From NCBI GenBank assembly GCA_031414095.1, contig JANNUW010000024.1, positions 1 to 51,903 of the forward strand: a stretch of DNA of 51,903 nucleotides, in the 5' to 3' direction. Of the stretch, positions 29,454 through 37,677 are shown one piece after another. How positions within the stretch are numbered: position 1 is the stretch's first letter; every line of letters starts with the position of its first letter. The translations under genes and the position numbers were made by a program. This DNA is from Hyphomicrobium sp. GTDB taxonomy: Bacteria; Pseudomonadota; Alphaproteobacteria; Rhizobiales; Hyphomicrobiaceae. Under the pieces are notes generated by a model. It saw nothing but the letters and a program-made list of their open reading frames with translations. It was not told the DNA's origin and searched no databases.

Positions 29454-32120
29454 ATGCAGAGTAGCGATCGCAGTCCCGACCACGAAGCGCAGGAATGGAA
29501 TGACGCGATCTCATCGGTGATTGCCTTCGAGGGTGTGCATCGCGCCAGCGATTTACTCGAAGGCGCGGTCGCAACGGCGCGGCGCAGCGGTGCGCAACTG
29601 CCGTTTGCGGCCAATACCGCCTATATGAATACGATTTCGCCATCCGAGCAGCCCGTGCAGCCGGGCGACCGTGTCCTTGAAAACAAAATTCGCTCCGCCA
29701 TCCGCTGGAACGCAGCCGCGATTGTTTTGAAAGCCAACAAAGAAAGCTCTGAACTCGGCGGGCATATCGCCAGTTTCCAGTCGTCGGCGACATTATACGA
29801 TGTTGGCTTCATGCACTTCTGGCACGCGGCCAGCGAGAAGCACGGCGGCGATCTTATTTATGTGCAGGGCCATTCATCGCCCGGCATTTACGCGCGTGCC
29901 TTCCTCGAAGGCCGATTGAGCGAGGAGCAGCTCAATAACTTTCGCCAAGAGGTCGATGGTCGCGGGCTGTCGTCTTATCCTCATCCCTGGTTGATGCCCG
30001 ATTTCTGGCAGTTCCCGACCGTCTCGATGGGCCTGGGGCCGCTCATGGGAATCTATCAGGCGCGCTTCCTCAAATATCTCCACTGCCGCGAAATCGCTGA
30101 TACCGCCGCACGCAAGGTATGGGTGTTCTGCGGCGATGGCGAGATGGATGAGCCGGAAAGTCTCGGCGCCATTTCGCTCGCCGGCCGCGAAAAGCTCGAC
30201 AACCTCGTCTTCGTGGTAAATTGCAACTTGCAGCGGCTCGATGGCCCGGTGCGCGGCAACGGCAAAATTATCCAGGAGCTGGAACGCAATTTCCGTGGCG
30301 CTGGGTGGAACGTCGTCAAGGTTATCTGGGGCACGAGCTGGGATGAGCTCTTGGCGCGCGACACGTCCGGCAAGCTGCGCCAGCTGATGGAAGAATGTCT
30401 CGATGGCGAATATCAGGACTTCAAGTCGAAGAACGGCGCCTACATCCGCGAGAAATTTTTCGGCCGTTATCCCGAAACGGCGGCCATGGTCGCTGATTGG
30501 TCGGACGACAAGATCTGGAGCCTGACGCGCGGCGGGCATGACTGCGCCAAGGTCTATGCCGGTTACAAAGCCGCCATGGACTGCAAGGGCCAGCCGACGG
30601 TGATCCTCGCCAAGACCGTCAAAGGCTATGGTATGGGCAAGGCCGGCGAAGGCCAGATGATCAGCCATCAGCAAAAGAAAATGGGCGACGAGGCGCTGTT
30701 GGTGTTCCGCGACCGCTTCCACGTGGCCGTCGCCGATGCGGACGTCAAAGACCTGCCGTTTGTAAAATTCGCCGAAGACTCAGCCGAGATGAAATATATG
30801 CGGGCCCGGCGCCAGGAGCTTGGCGGCTATCTGCCAGCCCGGCGCGTCAAGTCCGACGAGACGCTCAACGTGCCCCCCCTTTCAGTCTTCGACTCTCTGC
30901 TCAAAGCCAGCGGCGAGCGCGAGCTTTCGACCACCATGGCGTTCGTGCGCATCATGAACACGCTGCTGCGCGACAAGACCATCGGCCCGCGCATTGTGCC
31001 CATCGTGCCCGACGAAAGCCGTACGTTCGGCATGGAGGCGATGTTCCGCCAATACGGCATCTTCTCGCAAGTGGGGCAGCTGTACCGGCCCGAAGATGCC
31101 GATCAGCTGATGTTCTATAAGGAAGACAAAACGGGCCAAGTGCTGCAAGAGGGCATCAACGAAGCTGGCGCCATGTCGTCGTGGATCGCAGCCGCGACGA
31201 GCTATTCGACGTCGAACAAGCCGATGATCCCGTTTTACATCTACTATTCGATGTTCGGATTTCAGCGCGTCGGCGATCTGGCGTGGGCAGCCGGTGACAT
31301 TCGTGCGCGCGGCTTTCTGATCGGCGGCACGTCTGGGCGCACCACACTGAATGGTGAAGGCCTGCAGCATGAAGACGGGCACAGTCATCTGATCTCGGCG
31401 ACGATCCCGAACTGCATCTCGTATGATCCAACGTATGCTTACGAACTGGCGGTCATCGTCCACGACGGCATGCGGCGCATGTACAGCGAGCAAGAGGACG
31501 TCTTCTACTATCTGACGACGCTCAACGAGAACTACGAACACCCGGCTATGCCCGAAGGCTCTGAGGCGGGAATCGTCAAGGGCATGTATCTGCTCAAAGC
31601 CGCCGATCCCAAAGCCAAGGGACATAAGGTGCAGCTCATGGGCTCTGGCGCCATCCTGCGGGAAGTCATCGCGGGTGCGGACCTGCTCGCCAAAGACTTC
31701 GGCGTTGCCGCCGACATCTGGAGTGTGACCAGCTTCACCGAATTGCGCCGCGAAGCCCAGGACATCGACCGCTGGAATATGCTGCACCCAGAGGAGAAGC
31801 CGCGCGTGCCCTACGTCTCAGCGAAACTTGCGGAGCGCGGCGACGGGCCATTCGTTGCCGCCACCGATTACATGAAAGCCTTCGCAGATCAGATCGGCCC
31901 GTTTGTGCCCGGGCATTATCGCGTTCTAGGGACGGACGGCTTTGGGCGCTCCGACTACCGCCGCCGCCTGCGCGCGCATTTCGAAGTCGATCGCCATTTC
32001 GTGGCGGTCGCGGCTTTGAAAGCCTTAGCCGACGAAAACAAAATACCCTCGATTGAGGTTTCCAAAGCGCTCAAGAAATACGGCATCGATCCAGAAAAGC
32101 CCAATCCGGTCCACGTTTGA
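29454..32120 (+). CDS. aceE: pyruvate dehydrogenase E1 component, homodimeric AceE type
   Basis: ATG 29454 is preceded by GAGGAG and gives 888 aa, the typical AceE length. The thiamine diphosphate motif is GDGEMDEPES. E2 and E3 genes follow. The ORF-track start at 29328 runs through the repeat element and is rejected. Confidence 0.9.
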   Translation: MQSSDRSPDHEAQEWNDAISSVIAFEGVHRASDLLEGAVATARRSGAQLPFAANTAYMNTISPSEQPVQPGDRVLENKIRSAIRWNAAAIVLKANKESSELGGHIASFQSSATLYDVGFMHFWHAASEKHGGDLIYVQGHSSPGIYARAFLEGRLSEEQLNNFRQEVDGRGLSSYPHPWLMPDFWQFPTVSMGLGPLMGIYQARFLKYLHCREIADTAARKVWVFCGDGEMDEPESLGAISLAGREKLDNLVFVVNCNLQRLDGPVRGNGKIIQELERNFRGAGWNVVKVIWGTSWDELLARDTSGKLRQLMEECLDGEYQDFKSKNGAYIREKFFGRYPETAAMVADWSDDKIWSLTRGGHDCAKVYAGYKAAMDCKGQPTVILAKTVKGYGMGKAGEGQMISHQQKKMGDEALLVFRDRFHVAVADADVKDLPFVKFAEDSAEMKYMRARRQELGGYLPARRVKSDETLNVPPLSVFDSLLKASGERELSTTMAFVRIMNTLLRDKTIGPRIVPIVPDESRTFGMEAMFRQYGIFSQVGQLYRPEDADQLMFYKEDKTGQVLQEGINEAGAMSSWIAAATSYSTSNKPMIPFYIYYSMFGFQRVGDLAWAAGDIRARGFLIGGTSGRTTLNGEGLQHEDGHSHLISATIPNCISYDPTYAYELAVIVHDGMRRMYSEQEDVFYYLTTLNENYEHPAMPEGSEAGIVKGMYLLKAADPKAKGHKVQLMGSGAILREVIAGADLLAKDFGVAADIWSVTSFTELRREAQDIDRWNMLHPEEKPRVPYVSAKLAERGDGPFVAATDYMKAFADQIGPFVPGHYRVLGTDGFGRSDYRRRLRAHFEVDRHFVAVAALKALADENKIPSIEVSKALKKYGIDPEKPNPVHV

Positions 32121-32151
32121 TTGACTTGTCAGAGTTCTCAAGGAAAAATTC

Positions 32152-33471
32152 ATGCCGATCATCGACGTCAAAATCCCAGATATCGGCGATTTTAAGGGTA
32201 TTCCGATCGTCGAGGTGTTCGTGAAGGCGGGAGACGTGGTTGCAATTGATGACCCGCTGCTGTCGATCGAATCCGACAAGGCGACGATGGAGATTCCATC
32301 GCCCGCAGCCGGCCGGGTGGCGGAAATTCTCGTGAAGATTGGAGACAAGGTCAGCCAAGGCAGCCCGATTTTCAAACTTGAGTCAGGGGCCGCGGCAGAG
32401 GACAAGCCTGCGCCACGAAAGCCGGCACCTAAAAGCAACGGCCCCGTGCGCATGGACGAAGTGCCAGATCCCGAAATGCCCTCGAATGATGACAAGCCTG
32501 CGTCCAGCGCTTCAAATGCCCCGCCCTCATTGCCGGAGGCTGCGCCCGCGCCGCAGAGCGATCTGCCGCCGCCCGCCGATTTTGGCAACGCTCACGCCAG
32601 CCCTTCGGTGCGCCGCTTAGCGCGTGAACTCGACGTCGATCTCACGGCGATGGCGGGCACTGGCGACAAGGGCCGCATCACCAAGGACGACGTCAAAAAA
32701 AGGCTCGCCGGCCAGGGCCCCGCATCAGGAAGTGCGGGCATTGATCCGATTCCTGCTCAAGACTTTTCGAAGTTCGGCGCCATCGAGACAAAACCGTTGT
32801 CGCGGCTGAAACGATTGTCCGGGCCGCATTTGCACCGGGCCTGGCTCAACATTCCGCACGTTACGCATAGCGACGAGGCCGATATTTCAGAGCTTGAAAC
32901 CTATCGCAAGACACTCGATGCGGCCGCCAAGGACAAGGGCTACCGCGTCACGCTGCTCGCCTTTCTGCTGAAGGCCAGCGTCGTTGCACTGAAGGAGTTT
33001 CCCGACGTCAACGCATCGCTCTCGCCGGCCAAAGACACACTGATCTATAAGCACTATTACCACCTGGGCGTGGCCGTTGATACACCCGACGGCCTCGTCG
33101 TTCCGGTCCTGCGCGATGTCGACCGCAAGGGCATCCTCGAACTCAGCCAGGAGCTCGGCACCGTGTCAGCGAGGATGCGCGACGGCAAAATCGCGCCCGC
33201 CGATATTCAAGGCGGTACTTTCTCGATCTCGAGCCTGGGCGGCATCGGCGGCGTTAGCTTCACGCCGATCATCAACGCGCCAGAGCTCGCGATCCTGGGC
33301 GGGGTGCGCGCGATCATGAAACCGGTATGGGACGGCAAAGACTTTCAACCCCGCCTCATGCTGCCGCTATGCCTGTCGTACGATCATCGCGTGATCGACG
33401 GCGCTATGGCCGCCCGCTTCACACGCCGCATCTGCGAAATTCTGGGCGACATGCGCCAGCTGGTTCTTTGA
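32152..33471 (+). CDS. aceF: dihydrolipoamide acetyltransferase E2 (single lipoyl domain)
   Basis: There is one lipoyl domain (SIESDKATMEIPSP), then an Ala/Pro linker, an E3-binding domain (ASPSVRRLARELDVDL) and a catalytic domain with DHRVIDGA. Confidence 0.9.
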   Translation: MPIIDVKIPDIGDFKGIPIVEVFVKAGDVVAIDDPLLSIESDKATMEIPSPAAGRVAEILVKIGDKVSQGSPIFKLESGAAAEDKPAPRKPAPKSNGPVRMDEVPDPEMPSNDDKPASSASNAPPSLPEAAPAPQSDLPPPADFGNAHASPSVRRLARELDVDLTAMAGTGDKGRITKDDVKKRLAGQGPASGSAGIDPIPAQDFSKFGAIETKPLSRLKRLSGPHLHRAWLNIPHVTHSDEADISELETYRKTLDAAAKDKGYRVTLLAFLLKASVVALKEFPDVNASLSPAKDTLIYKHYYHLGVAVDTPDGLVVPVLRDVDRKGILELSQELGTVSARMRDGKIAPADIQGGTFSISSLGGIGGVSFTPIINAPELAILGGVRAIMKPVWDGKDFQPRLMLPLCLSYDHRVIDGAMAARFTRRICEILGDMRQLVL

Positions 33472-33500
33472 TCGTTATTGGTTTTGAAAGGCAAGGCAGC

Positions 33501-34958
33501 ATGGCAGACGGCCCTGACGTCGAAGCGCCTTTGAGCAAGGCCGCAGCCGGTCTTCACGCAGAGGTCTTGGTGCTGGGTGCCGGGCCTGGTGGCTATACGG
33601 CAGCCTTTCGCGCCGCCGATCTTGGCAAAAAAGTCGTGCTCGTCGAGCGCTGGCCGGTGCTCGGCGGAGTATGCCTCAACGTCGGTTGTATTCCGTCTAA
33701 GGCACTGCTGCATGCGGCCAAGTTGCTCGAAGACAGTCGCGGCTTCAGCGCTCACGGGATCGATTTTGGCGTACCCAAGATCGATCTGGCAAAACTCGCC
33801 GCGTGGAAAATGAGCGTCGTCAAAAAATTGACCGGCGGTTTGGCGCAGCTCACAAAGCAACGCAAAGTGACTGTCGTCACGGGCACCGGACAGTTCGTGT
33901 CGGACCGGGAACTCAACGTCACAGATGCGAACGGCGCAGACCAGCGCATATCTTTCGATCAAGCCATCATAGCGGCCGGCTCCGAGCCGGTGTCGCTTCC
34001 GTTCATTCCAGCAAACGATGCGCGCATCATGGACAGCACTGCTGCGCTTGATCTCGCCGATATTCCAAAGCGGCTTTTGATCATAGGCGGCGGCATCATC
34101 GGTCTTGAAATGGCGAGCGTCTATCACGCGCTGGGATCAAGAATCACGGTCGTTGAAATGGCCGATCAGATCATCCCAGGGGCCGACCCGGACATTGTCG
34201 CGCCGCTCATGAAGCGCATCGCGCAGCGCTATGAGGCGATACATCTCAAAACCAAAGTAACGCGCGTCGAACTCATGGACGCTGAACTTGAGGCCACTTT
34301 TGAAGGCTCGGCCTCTGCTGGCGGGCGCTTCGACAAAGTTCTGGTGGCTGTCGGCCGCACGCCCAATGGCTCCAAGATCGGCGCAGAGCGCGCCGGCGTC
34401 GCAGTCGGCGGGCGCGGCTTTATTGCTGTTGACCGGCAGATGCGCACCAATGTGGCGCATATCTTTGCCATCGGCGATATCGTCGGGCAGCCGATGCTCG
34501 CCCATAAGGCGACGCATGAAGCCAAAGTCGCGGCTGAAGTGGCAGCCGGCCTGAAAAGCGCGTTCGACGCGCGCGTCATTGCCTCCGTCGCCTACACGGA
34601 TCCGGAAGTGGCGTGGGTGGGCCGTACGGAAGCGGAACTCAAGGCGGCCGGGACGGCGTACGAAAAAGCGAGCTTTCCCTGGGCGGCATCGGGGCGTTCG
34701 CTCGCGATGGGCCGCAGCGAAGGGATAACGAAGCTGATGTTCGATCCCCAGACGCACCGCATCCTGGCGGCGGCTATCGTCGGGCCGCACGCTGGCGATC
34801 TCATTTCCGAAGTGGCACTCGCCATCGAAATGGGCGCCGACGCGAGCGACATCGGCCACACCATCCATCCGCATCCGACGTTATCTGAGACCATCGCGAT
34901 GGCAGCCGAGGCGTTCGAGGGTACTTTGACCGACCTCTATTTGCCGAAGAAACGCTGA
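33501..34958 (+). CDS. lpdA: dihydrolipoyl dehydrogenase E3
   Basis: ATG 33501. The FAD motif is GAGPGGY, the redox-active disulfide is GGVCLNVGCIPSK, and the C-terminal dimerisation His-Pro motif is HPHPTLSE. The upstream part of the track ORF (from 33327) overlaps aceF and is not coding. Confidence 0.9.
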   Translation: MADGPDVEAPLSKAAAGLHAEVLVLGAGPGGYTAAFRAADLGKKVVLVERWPVLGGVCLNVGCIPSKALLHAAKLLEDSRGFSAHGIDFGVPKIDLAKLAAWKMSVVKKLTGGLAQLTKQRKVTVVTGTGQFVSDRELNVTDANGADQRISFDQAIIAAGSEPVSLPFIPANDARIMDSTAALDLADIPKRLLIIGGGIIGLEMASVYHALGSRITVVEMADQIIPGADPDIVAPLMKRIAQRYEAIHLKTKVTRVELMDAELEATFEGSASAGGRFDKVLVAVGRTPNGSKIGAERAGVAVGGRGFIAVDRQMRTNVAHIFAIGDIVGQPMLAHKATHEAKVAAEVAAGLKSAFDARVIASVAYTDPEVAWVGRTEAELKAAGTAYEKASFPWAASGRSLAMGRSEGITKLMFDPQTHRILAAAIVGPHAGDLISEVALAIEMGADASDIGHTIHPHPTLSETIAMAAEAFEGTLTDLYLPKKR

Positions 34959-34968
34959 AGCCAAATGT

Positions 34969-36006
34969 CTATCGTCGTGGCTTGCGTGATCCAGATGCAG
35001 CCGCCGGCTGCACCGGCTTCGCCGGGGGACCAGCATGGGACGTTGGTGCGCGCGCAGGTTCGGTCGTGTCAAGCGCAGCGATCTTGCCTGAAGCGGCCGA
35101 CGTCGCGGCGCTGTGTGCTTCACCGATTTTCTGCATGCGGGCTTCGAAGTCTTCAAGCACGCGTTCAAGATGCGTGCGGCGCTCGTGCTCTTGGGCTAAC
35201 AGCTCTTCCTGCTCGTGCTCAAGCGCGTTGCGGGCAATGGCGTTTTCGCGGAATACATCGGCGGCGAGGGCCATATCTCCGATCTCATCGTCGCGGCCGC
35301 CGCCCGGGAACGACACGGCCATGTTGCCGCCGGCCAGTTCGCGCATGGCCGCAGCCGTCTCGGTTATGGGCGCGACGACGCCTTTGAGAGCGGCCATGAT
35401 TGCGGCCAGCATTGCAGCGAGCACGGCAAGCGCCACAAGCCCCGCCAGCCACATCGACTGCGAAACGCGCGACGCGGCCGTGACCTCAATGTTTTGGACC
35501 ATATTCGTCGCTTGCGAGACTGTCTGGTCAATCTTTTCCCGATGAGTAACGTAGGCCGCTGACATTTTTTCGTGCGCCAGTTTTGCTTTCGCCAGATCGC
35601 CGCCTTCGAGTGCCGGGAAAAAGTCAGCCTCCGCGATTTGCCAGAATTGTTCCGCGCTTGCATGCGCGTCTTGCAGGAATGTCTTCGCCAAATCGCCTGG
35701 CAATTGCTGCTTTGACCAAAAGGCATGGCGCGTGTCGTAGTCTTTGCGCAGCGCTTGCATGCGTTGCTTGCGGCCGTTGGACTGCCCCGGCTCAGTGAGC
35801 GCTAGGGTCGATTCCAGAAACGGCTCGATGATATATGCCGGCGGCGGCAGAATATCGGCGAGCAGGTCTTTGCCGAGAATTATGCTCTGATAATGCGGGC
35901 CGCCGACCTTCAATTCGTCGACCATCAGCCAGCCCGCTCCCGTCAGCGTTATGAGGCCGCCAATGATAGCGGCTCCGGCAATTTTGGCGAGCTTGGCGAT
36001 ACGCAT
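34969..36006 (-). CDS. MCP-like sensor/HAMP protein lacking the methyl-accepting signalling domain (possibly a 3'-truncated chemoreceptor)
   Basis: AGGGGA precedes the ATG at 36006. The order is TM1 (AGAAIIGGLITLTGAGWLMV), a periplasmic helical region, TM2 and HAMP (PITETAAAMRELAGGNMAVSFPGGGRDDEIGDMALAADVF). The ORF stops ~80 aa later, 10 nt from the convergent lpd stop. Confidence 0.65.
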   Translation of the reverse strand: MRIAKLAKIAGAAIIGGLITLTGAGWLMVDELKVGGPHYQSIILGKDLLADILPPPAYIIEPFLESTLALTEPGQSNGRKQRMQALRKDYDTRHAFWSKQQLPGDLAKTFLQDAHASAEQFWQIAEADFFPALEGGDLAKAKLAHEKMSAAYVTHREKIDQTVSQATNMVQNIEVTAASRVSQSMWLAGLVALAVLAAMLAAIMAALKGVVAPITETAAAMRELAGGNMAVSFPGGGRDDEIGDMALAADVFRENAIARNALEHEQEELLAQEHERRTHLERVLEDFEARMQKIGEAHSAATSAASGKIAALDTTEPARAPTSHAGPPAKPVQPAAASGSRKPRR

Positions 36007-36182
36007 TATTTTTCCCCTTGAGACACGCCTGCCGAATGCGCCGGCCTGTGGCTTCGATCAGCCGAGGCGCAAGCATGAGGGCGGGCCGGCTATGTATCAG
36101 TCCATCCGGGGCAGCAAGTAAACTCCACAGCGATGCGTTGGTAAAGAATGCGCAGTGCGCTGACATGGGGCCTTCAGAAGTT

Positions 36183-36283
36183 AAAGTTTCATCACGCCGT
36201 ATTACAGAAAGTTTCGTCGCGGACCCGGTAACTACAAAACCGGAATTGTCACCCGTGAAGCGTTGAATAATGGTTTTGTAGTT
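36183..36283. promoter_or_regulatory. direct repeats plus 12-bp perfect inverted repeat upstream of the Sel1/Srf-like locus (candidate regulatory region)
   Basis: The direct repeats are AAAGTTTCATCACGC (36183-36197) and AAAGTTTCGTCGCGG (36208-36222), 25 nt apart. Next come AACTACAAAACC (36230-36241) and GGTTTTGTAGTT (36272-36283), separated by 30 nt. All lie in the 480-bp divergent spacer 36007-36486. Confidence 0.3.
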
Positions 36284-36486
36284 TGGGGTTCTGATCAACG
36301 GCCGGCGCAAGTTCTATTCTTTAGCACCCGATAGACAGCACAGGTTTTGTCCCTGTACAAATCTACGGCTTGAACACCTTGCGTGTCGCTAGCCGCCGGT
36401 CAATTTGGGCAACGCCGAATTGAAGTGTCCTGATTAAAGTGTTGAGTGAGGTCGCGTAGTTTGGCCTCGAAAGGGAAGCGCGAGAC

Positions 36487-37548
36487 ATGACTCAGAAACC
36501 GCCGATGCTTCAGCAAGTTGAGGGAACAGGCACGGGTGCGGCAGGTTCGGCGATAGTCAAGCAGCTCGGCGATGGCGCCCGCGACCTCGGTCCCTCCAAC
36601 GCATCCGGTCCGGGCCCAGCCGCCGCTTCCACGCCGGAAATTTACGAGATGCTGGCCGAGCTTCGCCGCGATCTTGACGCGCGTCGCGCTGAGCAGCCAA
36701 GCTCGCAAGGCGGCGACGACGGTGAACTTTTTTCGATGATGTCGGATTTGCGCCGCGATATGTCGGTGCTGAAAAGATCTGCGGTCTCGATCCGCCCAGC
36801 CGGCACGTCGAGGCCTGCCGGCACCGGCGCAATTCCAGCAGCGAAGGTGCCCGCGCCGCGAGCCGCGCAGCCGCCCAGCGTCTACGTGCCGGTCTACGAT
36901 CTGGCTCCCGAGCCATCGTTCATGCGCAAACTCTTCAGCGAAGAGAAACGTCCAGCACTGTCATTGGCGACCGCGCTCGCCATCGCCGTGAGCGGACTCT
37001 ATCTGATTACCAACAGAGGTCCGGCGGCGGCGACCCTTGCGGCCGCTCCGGCGCTGGTTGCAACGGGCTCGACGAGCGTCGCGGGCGTGACCACTGGAAC
37101 GGCGCTTTTTGAAGCGCTGTCGGCCGGAGCCTCCTCGCCGCAAGGCATATCGGCGAAGGGCGTAACAGCGACCCGCGCGTTATCGCGGGCCAACGCGCAG
37201 CTCCAGATCAAAGGCGCGGCGCGCGATACGCAAGAGGCCGCCTTCTGGTTGAAGAGATATATGACAGACACTCTGGGCGATGTCCGCATGGCGCGCGCGC
37301 TGACGCAACTCGGCGCCACCTATGCCGAGCAGCAGAACGATAAGGCCGCCGGCTACGTCAAGGCGCGGCAGCTATGGGAGATGGCGGGCGCTCTGGGAGA
37401 TCCGGTGGCTATGTGCTTCTTGGGCCGTCTGTTCGAAAACGGCTGGAGCGTTGCCGCCAACAGCACGACGGCGCTGCGGTGGTTCGAACGCGCGCGCGAT
37501 GCGGGGGGCTGTCCCGGAGTCGAGGATTCGATTGCAAGGGTACAGTAG
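36487..37548 (+). CDS. single-pass membrane protein with C-terminal Sel1-like repeats
   Basis: It has a disordered N-terminus, a TM segment (ALSLATALAIAVSGLYLITN) and C-terminal Sel1/TPR-like repeats (AAFWLKRYM..., GDPVAMCFLGRLFENGWSV, ALRWFERARDAGG). The last ~150 aa are paralogous to the C-terminus of the next gene. Confidence 0.75.
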   Translation: MTQKPPMLQQVEGTGTGAAGSAIVKQLGDGARDLGPSNASGPGPAAASTPEIYEMLAELRRDLDARRAEQPSSQGGDDGELFSMMSDLRRDMSVLKRSAVSIRPAGTSRPAGTGAIPAAKVPAPRAAQPPSVYVPVYDLAPEPSFMRKLFSEEKRPALSLATALAIAVSGLYLITNRGPAAATLAAAPALVATGSTSVAGVTTGTALFEALSAGASSPQGISAKGVTATRALSRANAQLQIKGAARDTQEAAFWLKRYMTDTLGDVRMARALTQLGATYAEQQNDKAAGYVKARQLWEMAGALGDPVAMCFLGRLFENGWSVAANSTTALRWFERARDAGGCPGVEDSIARVQ

Positions 37549-37677
37549 CGCGCCGCAAATCGAACGCCGCTTTGGCGGGAGCAAAAGTTGCGAGCGCCAG
37601 GACACGACGAATTGCGAACGGGCGCGGTCGCGGATGTCATGACGAATAATTCTGGACACGGGTGTGGAGAGTAAACT

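Noticed and set aside
29874-34874. Antisense ORFs within aceE and lpd (29874-30722, 30882-31787, 33384-34127, 34137-34874).
   Set aside because: Same reasoning: the sense frames carry ThDP, lipoyl, FAD and redox-disulfide motifs.
35792-36310. 172-aa minus-strand ORF in the spacer upstream of the Sel1 gene; also 42657-43079 (140 aa) in the gap before the SrfB-like gene.
   Set aside because: No ribosome-binding site and an odd composition. The 35792 ORF overlaps the HAMP gene start region out of frame. It is more likely non-coding regulatory DNA.
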